NCBI GenBank assembly: GCA_035473115.1
Contig: DATION010000001.1
Location: 461 to 64,460 of the forward strand
Length of the DNA: 64,000 nt
Origin: Candidatus Udaeobacter sp.
GTDB taxonomy: Bacteria > Patescibacteriota > Patescibacteriia > Magasanikbacterales > GWA2-37-8
Direction: 5' to 3'
Shown here: in pieces, positions 40,001 to 48,631 of the stretch
Layout of the letters: the number at the start of each line of letters is the position of its first letter
Position numbering within the stretch: the first letter of the stretch is position 1
Made by a program: the position numbers and the translations under genes
Notes under the pieces: generated by a model
What the model saw: only the letters and a program-made list of their open reading frames with translations
Databases searched by the model: none
What the model was told of the DNA's origin: nothing

Positions 40001-40124
40001 AGGCAATAATGGAAAGTCAGAAATATTTTCTATTCTTACGCCGCAGCAAAAAGAAACGATTGTTGATATTATTATTAATAATTTCCAATCAGTGTTTGGC
40101 TGGACAAAGAATATAGGTTTGTAG
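34008..40124 (+). CDS. Giant Ser/Thr-rich surface protein: Kelch-like propeller + many Fn3/Ig-like repeats
   Basis: N-terminal TM; repeated RYSISGNSW; repeated WxTxE..S.V.Y...H.V.L..L...T.Y.F...S.D..GN; start could be 33948 or 34008. Confidence 0.85.
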   Translation: MKRGQIFSLYPVLFKRKLKRLFLLFKEKYNPHLIIIKKKFHVTVAVILLTVILVNLFQFWSVPIVQGATYTFVQRDWSGGVSNSVIVHPDNQTGWNSFSTSTNTFTSGTTTVSIASSTYSSTDDGTFSSTGSATGGGFSNGATSTTSISGSGSSASIKLSGSTTAVNRVTATTTMTGAFYHGGGQMVGAAGSDYLYIIEGGNRAAPLRRLTISTAATSSLATYTYAYFGAQLLWNGSDDYIYLAEGQNDKFDRYSISGNSWTSMANFPASLPTDVSETAALRYNTEDYIYFFRGSRFADFYRYSISGNSWSSLTSLPIVAGYGIQATRDANSDSIYVLPANGTNFYRYSIAGDSWTSMAAVPLSFGTTTNAGILHDEGSDYIYLLVGDHLYRYSISGNSWTTMADASSVNPDFGTTLLHTAGEDTIYVTGQWDCCASVRVWAYSISGDSWTQYAIVSNHSGGYGSPNKTAFRRTSDESFYFITAAGGDSEVFKYTISQTIYNSSGNFTSASLDLGVAKMNSLSWTSTTPSGVGSNSIQFQLAANNDNSTWNYVGPDGTNSTFFTSNGTTSFPSSLLNKRYWRYKAFLTTADTTVSPSLDSVTFSYSSYATSSSLISSIYDTVDPTNVLASIGWSPFLPTSTTIKFQLRTGSSTSSINSATWVGPDGTASTFFTNSSGETTTSTMRDGSGDRYFQYKAFLQTTNPAFTPVLSSVTSTYVVNANPEIQNVSASENGSGVVTITYQARDPDTSTGTVNPGFVSSTFEYLDANGAYQTIPANQLSAGANSNLAVQGVNWTTSTVSWTLPSGLNIAASRIRVTVNDNEAANNTAASSSPTFQIDSVAPSATSVIVDGSQTPALLTFNVSDSSTLFMKVSENSTLSDVSTWSAFTATTTFTLSSNPDTVYAQFKDVYGNTSTIVHATTPQTPNSFIVQDNSNVLNGATDYRLFVAWRVVATPSPGFGSYKVYRSEDQSTWTLISTISSISDNFVTDNTTVSNTLYYYKVKTVDADGNTSVFSSIVNGRANGAQDAGEGGGGSGVGSDPVITSVATSSPTPSSITITWDTDALSNSVVGFSTTPGNFTDNTVTVNSMVNNSSGVGNHNVVLGGLVPNTTYYFNVKSVSASNASSTDSNGGNGYIFTTPSGPTITGVSAVEVNNTFARVVWSTSENSNSSVIYSTSTSLTNSVTTSSVQMGTAHDMTLTGLTAGTRYYFYVQSVNGSGVTSTDKNLVGGILQYFNLATTLDSTGPTISSIATTTSDNSANITWNTNESADSQIIYGLTTSYGSTTTLDSTFTTQHLMTLSGLSSSTAYHFKILSRDKNNNLTASADQLIITSATPDTTAPIITSVATSSVSLTGATVTWTTDELASSIVEYGITTSSYSSLAGSNSDSVTSHSVSLASLSGNTAYYFRVRSADSAGNSAMSDNSGQGWQFVTVADTTGPVISDVNLLVNDTSVAISWTTNEPASSEVDYDTTSSTFGFSSSTASLVTNHTITITGLTTNVTYFFRLKSTDSAGNTTIDNNGGAAYSFTTQQTPGLVRVGGGGGGAPRDTDPPEISNLSITDIAPSSASVIWQTSEDGNSLVRFGSSIKYGTLTGNDSELLTSKHNVSLFDLKPGQTYHLRAVTYDAAGNRAESIDKTFSTLNSDGSEVTPSTSTEKTPEEEVTPETQFISDSLQKASSQSLQKFLADIASNPFLKNIPEDKFIQAIFEMTSKVVEAPTIVGVKPTVEVKGTSALIRWSTDKKSSSELNYARDVDYKPASNNAYTNAAVNPDEFSVNHSVQLTGLDPGVLYHFKVSSKGLIGPAAVSGDYTFLTTGDLPIISNIKVARPTESQSSIIVDWRTNIPTAGTVEYKNVKSGQSLTQGDETLLVNHEVALKGLEGGVNYTLVIKARDEFKNEVASLPITFSTLLDKISPVITKLSSESTLYPGKDSKVQTIISWETDEPATSQVFYQEGLAGDNVISLPLDTSLNTRHVVVITKFKPGTVYKYWVESKDLAGNNGKSEIFSILTPQQKETIVDIIINNFQSVFGWTKNIGL

Positions 40125-40158
40125 ATATGAAAATTTTTGGCTATATAAATTTTTTAGC

Positions 40159-41496
40159 ATGGATCCGATTATTAAAACAGAAAACATTAAAGTTATTTAT
40201 AATAGAGGGCAGGATAATGAATATATCGCTCTTAATGATATAAGTATTGAGGTGTTTCCCCAGGAGTATACAATTTTTTTTGGACCTTCCGGCTGCGGGA
40301 AATCGACTTTGCTTTATACAATTCTTGGACTGCAAAGACTAAGCGAAGGAAAATTGTATATCCAGGGCCGGGATAGCGCCTCTTTTACAGAGGAAGAAAA
40401 GAGCAAGATGAGTTCACAGTTTTTTGGGATAGTTTTCCAAAATTTTAACTTGATATATTCTTTAAATGTTATTGATAATATCGCTCTGCCCCAGGTGTTT
40501 ATTGAAGCTAATCAGGAAGAAAGGCTGGCCAAAGCTCAAAGCCTGCTCACTCGTTTTGGCATAGCAACCAGAGCCAAGAATTTACCGGCATCTCTTTCGG
40601 GTGGTCAGCAGCAAAGAGTAGCCATTTGTCGATCTTTGATTAATGACCCTTTGATCCTTTTGGCTGATGAACCGGTTGGAAATTTGGATAGTGAATCTGC
40701 TAGAATAGTAATGCAATCGCTTTATGATATTAATAAGAAAGATAAAAAAACGGTAATTCTGGTTACTCACGATCCGAGCTATCTGCCATATGCCGACCGA
40801 GTCTATTATTTTAAAGATGCTAAGTTTGAAAAAGTTGTGCAAAATAGAAATCCTAAAAAAATGGTCAATGGCGGTATTGAAATTAAACCTAAGGGCAAAG
40901 AAGATGAAAACGGTGAATCTGATCTTTTGGGTGAATTAGAAAAATTAGCGCGAGTGCATCATTTTATGACCGTGCCTCAGTTAAAGGCTTGGAGCATAAC
41001 CAATTATCTGATCGATGATTTTACTATTAATCAGGTAGAAAGACTGGAACAATTTATGGAAGAAATGTTGGCTGGAAAATTAAGTCAGCATGCATTTTTT
41101 GAAAATCTAAATACCCCGTATAATGAAGGAGGCGTAGGTTTGTACAAAGGCACTGCTATCAGGTTCGTTAAAGAAACGGCCGCTATCTTAAAACAAGTCA
41201 ATGAATTTTTGGCAGAGGTAAAAAAGCATAATAATTCGGATAATAATATAAAAATATTGAGCATGTTAAGCAGATTCTTATTACAAGAACACCGGGGCAA
41301 TCTGAAAGCGGAAGAGATCGAAAGATTTGAAGCCGGCATCAGAGATCGTTTAAATGGCAGTATGAACTCTGTCCAGTTTAGTAAATTATTACATAAGCAT
41401 TTTGCAGATGGCGGCGTGGGGTTAAGCGTAACAACGGCCGAACATTTATCGGAGAGGCTGCAGATTATCCTGACCCAAGCTTATGAAGTACATTGA
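40159..41496 (+). CDS. ABC transporter ATPase (LolD/MacB-like) with long C-terminal extension
   Basis: GPSGCGKST, LSGGQQQRV, LADEP, VTHD. Confidence 0.92.
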   Translation: MDPIIKTENIKVIYNRGQDNEYIALNDISIEVFPQEYTIFFGPSGCGKSTLLYTILGLQRLSEGKLYIQGRDSASFTEEEKSKMSSQFFGIVFQNFNLIYSLNVIDNIALPQVFIEANQEERLAKAQSLLTRFGIATRAKNLPASLSGGQQQRVAICRSLINDPLILLADEPVGNLDSESARIVMQSLYDINKKDKKTVILVTHDPSYLPYADRVYYFKDAKFEKVVQNRNPKKMVNGGIEIKPKGKEDENGESDLLGELEKLARVHHFMTVPQLKAWSITNYLIDDFTINQVERLEQFMEEMLAGKLSQHAFFENLNTPYNEGGVGLYKGTAIRFVKETAAILKQVNEFLAEVKKHNNSDNNIKILSMLSRFLLQEHRGNLKAEEIERFEAGIRDRLNGSMNSVQFSKLLHKHFADGGVGLSVTTAEHLSERLQIILTQAYEVH

Positions 41497-42682
41497 TCTG
41501 TTTTCTTTATCAACCAGAATGTTTCGCACTAATCCGTCACGTACCTGGCTGACAGTTTTAGGTATCAGTGTTGGAATTTCAGCAGTTTTATTTCTGGTCT
41601 CTTTTGGCTATGGGTTGCAGAATATTATTTTGCAAAAAATAGTTTTTAACCAGGCTTTGCTTAGTGTAGTGGTTACTCCCAGCAGTGACTTGATTGTTTT
41701 AGACGACCAGGCTTTGGCTGATATTGGTAAAATAAAAAATGTTGTTGATGTGGCCGGTTTGGCAAAATTTACAGGGCAGGTATCTCTGGACGGAATAAAT
41801 GGCACAGTCGATATGAGAGCGGTTAGCGCTTCTTTTTTGGCCTATGCCGGCACAATGGTAAAGTATGGAAATTTATACGAGGAAAAGGATCAAAATCAGA
41901 TTTTGATTTCTGACGCTGTTTTAAAATTATTTGGTATTACCGATGCCAGCACGGTGCTGGGAAAAAAAGTTAGTTTAAAAATTTTTGCCAATAAAAGCGG
42001 CGCCGATCAGTCGCAATTAGAAATTGTTGATATACCGGGCAGTTATACCATCAAAGGTGTTATAGAAGACAGCCAAGAGAGTTATATTTTTTTACCGCTT
42101 AAAGAAGTGACTCAGTATGTAAAAGTGGATCGTTATGAACAGGCACGGGTAAAAGTAAATAATAGTACTGATCTGGCGGGAGTCAAAGAAGAAGCTATAG
42201 CCAAAGGCTACCAAACCCAATCGCTATCGGAAACAATTGATCAAGCCAATAAAATCTTTCATGTGATCCAGATAGTCTTGGGTTTGTTTGGGGCCGTGGC
42301 TTTGATAGTTTCTTCTATCGGCATGTTTAATACGATGACTGTAACTTTGCTTGAACGTACCAATGAAATTGGTATTATGCGCGCTTTGGGAGCCAGCAAA
42401 TCAAATTTACGCAATTTATTTTTGGCTGAATCGGTAATCATTGGTTTTTTGGGCGGGTTGGTCGGCACGGCCTTGGGTATTATCGCCGGTCAAATTTTTA
42501 ATTTAATTATCAATGGTTTGGCTGCTAAGTTTGGCGGAGCCAAAATATCTTTATTTGTTTATCCAATTTCTTTTTTGTTAATAATTGTTTTCCTTTCATT
42601 ATTTATTGGTTTTTTGTCAGGAATATTTCCGGCGCGCCGGGCTGCAGGTATGGATCCGTTGGAAGCTTTGCGCTATAAGTAA
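41483..42682 (+). CDS. ABC transporter permease (MacB/FtsX family)
   Basis: LTVLGISVG, ERTNEIGIMRALGA, PARRAA..DPLEALR. Confidence 0.93.
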   Translation: MKYIDLFSLSTRMFRTNPSRTWLTVLGISVGISAVLFLVSFGYGLQNIILQKIVFNQALLSVVVTPSSDLIVLDDQALADIGKIKNVVDVAGLAKFTGQVSLDGINGTVDMRAVSASFLAYAGTMVKYGNLYEEKDQNQILISDAVLKLFGITDASTVLGKKVSLKIFANKSGADQSQLEIVDIPGSYTIKGVIEDSQESYIFLPLKEVTQYVKVDRYEQARVKVNNSTDLAGVKEEAIAKGYQTQSLSETIDQANKIFHVIQIVLGLFGAVALIVSSIGMFNTMTVTLLERTNEIGIMRALGASKSNLRNLFLAESVIIGFLGGLVGTALGIIAGQIFNLIINGLAAKFGGAKISLFVYPISFLLIIVFLSLFIGFLSGIFPARRAAGMDPLEALRYK

Positions 42683-42724
42683 AACACCCCTTGACAATAA
42701 AACTAGCTGTGCTATACTTAAACC

Positions 42725-42788
42725 AAGTTAGGAAGCGGTAAGCAATTATTCGCTTTCAGCAATACAGGACTCCTTCGGGAGTCTTTTT
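42725..42788 (+). ncRNA. Candidate ~65-nt small RNA
   Basis: Own promoter TTGACA-16-TATACT (42691-42718), GCAA-capped hairpin, GGACTCC-TTCG-GGAGTCT + T run, no ORF. Confidence 0.5.
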
Positions 42789-42865
42789 GCTTTTTTAAGC
42801 TTAGATTAAGGGGTTGACTTTAAATTTTCCAGTGGTAAGATATATAAAATAATGTTTCTTAAAAT

Positions 42866-43321
42866 ATGCAAAATTCTCAACTTAATAGAATTATTAAATT
42901 GATCAAAAGAACCGGAGAGAAAACTGTGATTATGGACAATGAGTCTGACGCTGTTATGATGTTGATGGATTTAGGTGTTTACGAAAAAATGTTGGATCGC
43001 TCTCAGGGCGTAGAAAAATTGACTGAAGAAGAACTACTAGAAAAAATCAATCGTGATGTGGCTATTTGGCGAGCTTCTAATAACGACAAAAACGAGATTG
43101 ATTTAGAGGATGAAATAGTAGAGAAGCCTCAAAGCGTCAAACCGCTTACCTCAAGCGAAACATTCGTAGAAAAAAATAAATCCGAAAATCAAACAGCACC
43201 TCAGGATAATACAATTACCATTAATAAATACCCAAATATTAATGCGGAACAGGAGCACTCAGCTGCTGATATTATCGCCGAAGAAGAGGAAGAGAAGTTC
43301 TATCTAGAACCAGTAGAATAA
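42866..43321 (+). CDS. Acidic hypothetical protein
   Basis: LTEEELLEKINRDVAIWR ... EEKFYLEPVE; promoter TTGACT..TAAGAT at 42814. Confidence 0.75.
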   Translation: MQNSQLNRIIKLIKRTGEKTVIMDNESDAVMMLMDLGVYEKMLDRSQGVEKLTEEELLEKINRDVAIWRASNNDKNEIDLEDEIVEKPQSVKPLTSSETFVEKNKSENQTAPQDNTITINKYPNINAEQEHSAADIIAEEEEEKFYLEPVE

Positions 43322-43520
43322 GGAGTTTTTCCCGAAGAGGTCCCGTTGGGATTGGTTGTCCACAGTTTTTCCCAGCTAGTTTAGGGTAGGGGGCTTGCAT
43401 TTTTTTTTGTTTCTGATATAATGGTAAAACTTAAATTTGTATATTTATATATAACAAAAAACGGCTGGAACAAAATCTACCACCGACCACTCGGTGTAGT
43501 GCCGTGTAAGGATTAAATTT

Positions 43521-44708
43521 ATGGCTGAGTTTATACGAAACAAGCCACACTTGAACATTGGTACTATCGGTCACGTTGACCATGGTAAAACAACCTTGAC
43601 TGCTGCTATTTTGGCAGTTTTACGCTCTCGCGGAGGCGCTGCTTCCAATAAGGGTGTTGATGATTTAGATAAATCTCCAGAATCTAAAGCTCGCGGTATC
43701 ACTATCTCCACCGCTCACGTAGAATACGAAACTGACGCTAGACACTACGCTCACGTAGACTGTCCTGGTCATGCCGATTATGTTAAAAACATGATTACTG
43801 GTGCTGCTCAAATGGATGGCGCCATCTTAGTTGTTTCTGCAGCTGACGGCCCAATGCCTCAGACCAGAGAACACATCTTGTTAGCTCGCCAGGTTGGTGT
43901 GCCTTACATTGTTGTATTCTTAAACAAAGTTGACCAAGTTTCTGATCCAGAGTTAGTAGATTTAGTTGAAGACGAAGTTCGTGATCTATTAAAGAAATAT
44001 GGCTTCCCTGGAGATACTACCACTATAATCCGTGGTTCCGCTTTGCAAGCTTTACAAAATCCTACCGATGAAGCTGCTGCCAAACCAGTTATGGATTTAA
44101 TGGCTGCTTGTGACGCAATTCCTCAGCCTACTCGTGATATTGATAAACCTTTCTTAATGCCTATCGAAGACGTATTCTCTATTGAAGGCCGCGGTACAGT
44201 AGTTACCGGTCGTTTAGAGAGAGGTATTATCCGCATCAATGATGAAGCGGAAATCGTAGGTATGGCTGAAACTACATCAAAAACCGTTGTTACTGGTGTA
44301 GAAATGTTTAATAAACAATTAAAAGAAGGCCAAGCTGGTGATAACGTTGGTTTATTGCTCCGCGGTACCAAGAAAGAAGATGTAGAACGCGGTATGGTTA
44401 TTGCTAAACCTGGCAGTATTACTCCTCACACTGAATTTGATGCTCAAGTTTATATCTTAACTAAAGAAGAAGGCGGCAGACATAAACCTTTCTTCAAAGG
44501 TTATAAACCTCAATTCTATATCCGCACTACAGATGTAACCGGAGAAGTAGAATTAGCAGCCGGTACCGAAATGGTTATGCCTGGCGACACAGTTTCTTTC
44601 AAAGTTAAATTGATTACTCCGGTTGCGATGGAAGAAAAAATGAACTTTGCTATCCGCGAAGGTGGCAAAACTGTAGGTTCAGGAGTAGTAACTTCAATCA
44701 CAAAATAA
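43521..44708 (+). CDS. tuf: Elongation factor Tu
   Basis: [29 protein letters not shown]. Confidence 0.99.
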   Translation: MAEFIRNKPHLNIGTIGHVDHGKTTLTAAILAVLRSRGGAASNKGVDDLDKSPESKARGITISTAHVEYETDARHYAHVDCPGHADYVKNMITGAAQMDGAILVVSAADGPMPQTREHILLARQVGVPYIVVFLNKVDQVSDPELVDLVEDEVRDLLKKYGFPGDTTTIIRGSALQALQNPTDEAAAKPVMDLMAACDAIPQPTRDIDKPFLMPIEDVFSIEGRGTVVTGRLERGIIRINDEAEIVGMAETTSKTVVTGVEMFNKQLKEGQAGDNVGLLLRGTKKEDVERGMVIAKPGSITPHTEFDAQVYILTKEEGGRHKPFFKGYKPQFYIRTTDVTGEVELAAGTEMVMPGDTVSFKVKLITPVAMEEKMNFAIREGGKTVGSGVVTSITK

Positions 44709-44785
44709 TCTTAAAAGATCTCTCACCGCCTCGTAACGCGGGGCGGTGAATAGATCTAATAATATAATAGTTCTTTATATAATGT

Positions 44786-45160
44786 ATGACTGCAACTCAG
44801 ACACAAAAGAAAACTGAACGCGCTCCGCACAAAGTCGTAGCTGCTGCCGTAGAAGTTATTAGCCGAATCAGAATCAAGATTCGAGCTTATGATAACAAAA
44901 TTATAGATTTGGCTACCAAATATATAATTGAAACTGCCGAAAGACATGGCGCGCAGGTAGTTGGCCCAATTCCTTTGCCAACTGAAAAGACAAAATTTAC
45001 CGTTAATCGATCTACTTTTGTGCACAAAGACGCTCGCGAACAATACGAAATGCGCGTTCATAAAAGATTGATAGATATCGTTAATGCTAACCCAAAAACA
45101 GTAGATGCGTTAATGAGTCTACAGTTGCCAGCCGGTGTAGATATCGAAATTAAAATGTAA
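44786..45160 (+). CDS. rpsJ: 30S ribosomal protein S10
   Basis: [24 protein letters not shown]. Confidence 0.98.
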   Translation: MTATQTQKKTERAPHKVVAAAVEVISRIRIKIRAYDNKIIDLATKYIIETAERHGAQVVGPIPLPTEKTKFTVNRSTFVHKDAREQYEMRVHKRLIDIVNANPKTVDALMSLQLPAGVDIEIKM

Positions 45161-45183
45161 ATTCTTGTCCCCATTGTGGGGGC

Positions 45184-45538
45184 TTGACAGGAAGCTGTAA
45201 GTATAGTATTATTTGCTTAGAAAAATTCGTTGATTTTGATCCAGTAAATAAGATCCAAGTTTGCCTAGCATAGCGAAGCAAAATATGGAAAACATTTATC
45301 AGATCTTAAGAAACATTAGGAGAAAAAGTTATTAAAAATTTATTAAAATAAAAGCCAAACTAAGTTAATCTGCCTCTGCTTCTTTGAAGCTATGGCGAGA
45401 CGAAGAAGGCTAGAAACAAAAGCAGGTTTTTCACCGCCGCGAGGCGGTATCACGCTGCGGCGTAGAAGCAGTAGTGAAAAACAGGTTGTTGTTTCTAGTT
45501 TTTTAAATCAAAAAATCCACAGCTTGTTATCTTTAATT
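45184..45538 (+). promoter_or_regulatory. Promoter and long structured leader of rplC
   Basis: TTGACA-17-TATTAT at 45184-45212; nested helices CTAGAAACAA/TTGTTTCTAG and TTTTTCAC/GTGAAAAA. Confidence 0.55.
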
Positions 45539-46246
45539 ATGAAATTCATTTTAGGTAAAAAAATCGGCATGACTCAAGTGTTCTTGCCAAACGGAGTGGT
45601 AGTGCCAGTAACCAAAGTTCAGGCTGGACCTTGCCAAATTGTTGAAGTTAAAGAAAACGTTAATAAGAACGGACTAAAAGCCGTTCAGATTGGTTTTGAT
45701 GAAACAAAAGAGGCTCGTTTAGCTCGTCCTCAAGTTGGTCATCTCAAAGATTTGGATAAAGTTAGAAACTTAAAAGATTTTAAGATCGAAACTAAAGCCG
45801 AAGTTAAACGCGGCGATACTATTACTGTAGAAACATTTGTTACCGGAGATAAGGTTGTGGTAGTTGGCGAGTCCAAAGGTAAAGGTTTTGCCGGTGTAGT
45901 TAAACGCCACCACTTCCGCGGTGGTCCTGCTTCTCATGGTCATAAAGATAACTTACGCATGCCTGGTACTATTGGTGCCGGCGGTGTACAAAGAGTTTTT
46001 AAAGGCCAAAAAATGGGCGGACGCATGGGTGGTGAAAGAATTACCGTAAAGAATTTAGAAATTATCGAAGTTCACCCAGAAGTAAATGAAATTTATATTA
46101 AAGGCGCAGTACCGGGCGGACGTAATGCTTTATTGTTGATCAGCGGCGAGGGAGAATTGAAATTACAAACAAATAAAGCAGCTGAAACAGCCATAGCTCC
46201 AGAAGCAGCTCCTGAATTAGTAGTGGCTGAACAAGTAGCCCAATAA
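45539..46246 (+). CDS. rplC: 50S ribosomal protein L3
   Basis: MKFILGKKIGMTQ, KGKGFAG.VKRH, MGGRMG; ATG 45539. Confidence 0.98.
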   Translation: MKFILGKKIGMTQVFLPNGVVVPVTKVQAGPCQIVEVKENVNKNGLKAVQIGFDETKEARLARPQVGHLKDLDKVRNLKDFKIETKAEVKRGDTITVETFVTGDKVVVVGESKGKGFAGVVKRHHFRGGPASHGHKDNLRMPGTIGAGGVQRVFKGQKMGGRMGGERITVKNLEIIEVHPEVNEIYIKGAVPGGRNALLLISGEGELKLQTNKAAETAIAPEAAPELVVAEQVAQ

Positions 46247-46256
46247 TTTTAAAACT

Positions 46257-46886
46257 ATGAAAGTTAAAGTTTACAATCTAGAAGGAAAAGAAACTGGCGA
46301 GATGAATCTTTCCGAAAGTATTTTTGGAGTTAAAGTAAAACCGGAAGTTGTTCACGGAGTTTTTACCGCGCAAAATAATAACCAAAGAGAACCTTGGGCT
46401 GATACCAAAAGCAAAGGCGAAGTAAGAGGCGGCGGCAAGAAACCTTGGGCTCAAAAAGGCACAGGCCGAGCTCGCCATGGTTCTATTCGCTCACCAATTT
46501 GGAAGGGCGGCGGCGTAACTTTTGGTCCATTATCAATCAGAAATTACAAAACAAAAATCAACAAGAAAACCAAACGCTTGGCTCTGAAAATGTGCTTAAG
46601 TGATAGATTGGCCAGTAAAGCCTTGTTGGTAATTGAAGATTTTAATTTTGCCGAACCAAAAACAAAATTGTTTGTTAATTTTATCAAAGCATTGCCGGTT
46701 AAAGCCAAATCATTCTTGCTGCTTACCCCTGGTAAAAACGAAACAGTTTTACGCATGACTAAAAATTTAAAGTCAGTAAAAACTGTTAGAGCCGAAGATA
46801 TTAGTGTAATGGATTTATTGTCAAAATCAACTGTTTTAATCAGCAAAGCCGGCGTAGAAACTGTTGAAAAAGTTTTTAATAAATAA
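46257..46886 (+). CDS. rplD: 50S ribosomal protein L4
   Basis: KPWAQKGTGRARHGS.RSP.W.GGG. Confidence 0.98.
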   Translation: MKVKVYNLEGKETGEMNLSESIFGVKVKPEVVHGVFTAQNNNQREPWADTKSKGEVRGGGKKPWAQKGTGRARHGSIRSPIWKGGGVTFGPLSIRNYKTKINKKTKRLALKMCLSDRLASKALLVIEDFNFAEPKTKLFVNFIKALPVKAKSFLLLTPGKNETVLRMTKNLKSVKTVRAEDISVMDLLSKSTVLISKAGVETVEKVFNK

Positions 46887-46887
46887 T

Positions 46888-47391
46888 ATGGGATTGCTAA
46901 ATAATTTTTTGGGAAAAAAACAGACAAAAGAACAGTTAAACAAGATTGGTGAAAAACAATCCACTGCTGTTGTGGCTGCTAAAGAAAAAAAAGTAAAAGC
47001 AAAAAAAGAAACCGCTAAAGAAGTTAAGGCGCATGACCATAACCACGATCATAAGCATGATCATTCTGAAACTGAATCTAAACCAAAAGCTAAATTATCT
47101 GTTCATAGTGTAGCTTTCAAGGTTTTGGTAAAACCGCTTGTTACCGAAAAAAGCGCGGTAGCGGAAAGTAAAAATAAATATAGTTTTGTGGTAGCTAAAT
47201 CCGCTAACAAAGATCAGATCAAAAAAGCTATTGAAGAAGTTTACGGTGTTAAGCCATCCAATGTAAATGTAGCCAATATTGAAGGACGCCGGGTCCGTTT
47301 TGGCCGCAGCATGGGACGACGCAGTGATTATAAAAAAGCTATCATTACTTTGCCTCAAGGCAAAACAATTGATATCCATACAGGAGTTTAA
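46888..47391 (+). CDS. rplW: 50S ribosomal protein L23 with N-terminal extension
   Basis: P.VTEK, YSF.V...ANK, KKAIITL; operon position. Confidence 0.95.
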   Translation: MGLLNNFLGKKQTKEQLNKIGEKQSTAVVAAKEKKVKAKKETAKEVKAHDHNHDHKHDHSETESKPKAKLSVHSVAFKVLVKPLVTEKSAVAESKNKYSFVVAKSANKDQIKKAIEEVYGVKPSNVNVANIEGRRVRFGRSMGRRSDYKKAIITLPQGKTIDIHTGV

Positions 47392-47399
47392 TCAAATTT

Positions 47400-48245
47400 A
47401 TGCCTATTAAGATTTACAAACCAACCAGCGACGGACGACGCCACTCAAGTGTGGATGCTTTTGCCGATATTACTAAAACAAAACCAGAGAAGTCTTTGAT
47501 TGTTTTCTTAACTCCAAATTCCGGAAGAAACAATCAGGGTGTTCTAACCGTTAGACATCAAGGCGGGGGCGTAAAAAAGTTTTATCGCTTAGTTGATTTT
47601 AAATTAGATAAATTTGATGTTGAAGCAACTGTTTTAGCTATTGAATATGATCCTAATCGCGGTCCGCGCATTGCTTTGGTACAATATACTGATGGTGTAA
47701 AATCTTATGTTCTGGCTCCGGAAGGATTAAAAGTAGGTGATAAGATTTTATCTTCAAAAAAAGCTATCGAAGCTAAAACAGGTAATCGCATGCCATTAGA
47801 ATTTATTCCAGTTGGTATGTTTGTCCATAACTTGGAATTAACTCCGGGTAAAGGCGGACAGTTGGTTCGTGGTGCCGGTATGGCTGCTCAGTTGGTAGGT
47901 ATGGAAGAAGGTTATGCTTTGGTAAAATTGCCATCTGGTGAAATTAGAAAAATCTTAAAAGAATGCACTGCTACTATCGGTACAATGGGAAATGCTGATT
48001 ACAGACTGATCCGCTGGGGAAAAGCTGGCAGAAACCGCATGCGCGGTATTCGTCCAAGAGTAAACGGCAAGAACATGAACCCGGTAGATCACCCACATGG
48101 TGGTGGTGAAGGTCACAACCCGATTGGTCAAAAACGTGGTCCGCAAACTATTTATGGTAAGCCGGCTAGAGGAGTTAAGACTCGCAAGCCAAGCAAGTGG
48201 AGTGATAAGTTTGTGGTTAAATCACGCCGAGTTAAATCAGAATAA
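47400..48245 (+). CDS. rplB: 50S ribosomal protein L2
   Basis: GRNN, EYDPNR, MNPVDHPHGGGEG. Confidence 0.99.
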   Translation: MPIKIYKPTSDGRRHSSVDAFADITKTKPEKSLIVFLTPNSGRNNQGVLTVRHQGGGVKKFYRLVDFKLDKFDVEATVLAIEYDPNRGPRIALVQYTDGVKSYVLAPEGLKVGDKILSSKKAIEAKTGNRMPLEFIPVGMFVHNLELTPGKGGQLVRGAGMAAQLVGMEEGYALVKLPSGEIRKILKECTATIGTMGNADYRLIRWGKAGRNRMRGIRPRVNGKNMNPVDHPHGGGEGHNPIGQKRGPQTIYGKPARGVKTRKPSKWSDKFVVKSRRVKSE

Positions 48246-48261
48246 TTAGAAATTTACCAAT

Positions 48262-48612
48262 ATGTCCAGAAGTTTAAAAAAAGGCCCTTATGTTGATCCG
48301 AGAGTATTGAACAAAGTTAAGAATATGAAGGCCGGAGGAAAAAGACAACCGATAAAAACTTGGTCTAGAGCCTGTGTTATTTCTCCGGAAATGGTGGCTC
48401 AAACTTTTTTGGTACATAACGGTAAAGATTTTATTTCCGTTCTGGTTGATGAAAATATGGTTGGCCATCGTTTAGGAGAATTTTCTCCTACCAAGAAGTT
48501 TATCCGCCACGGTGGTAAGATGGCTAAAGAACAAGAGGCAGGCGCCGCTGCCGGCCCAGCAGCCGATGCTGGCAAAGGAGCTGCTGCAGGTAAGGATGAA
48601 AAAAAGAAATAG
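48262..48612 (+). CDS. rpsS: 30S ribosomal protein S19
   Basis: [25 protein letters not shown]. Confidence 0.98.
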   Translation: MSRSLKKGPYVDPRVLNKVKNMKAGGKRQPIKTWSRACVISPEMVAQTFLVHNGKDFISVLVDENMVGHRLGEFSPTKKFIRHGGKMAKEQEAGAAAGPAADAGKGAAAGKDEKKK

Positions 48613-48631
48613 AGAATTATAACAATAATAT

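Noticed and set aside
42725-42788. SRP RNA or tRNA
   Set aside because: Lacks the CAGG-GNRA-AGCAG domain IV arrangement and any cloverleaf
45392-45538. N-terminal extension of L3
   Set aside because: Canonical MKFILGKK start at 45539; upstream sequence is better explained as a structured leader
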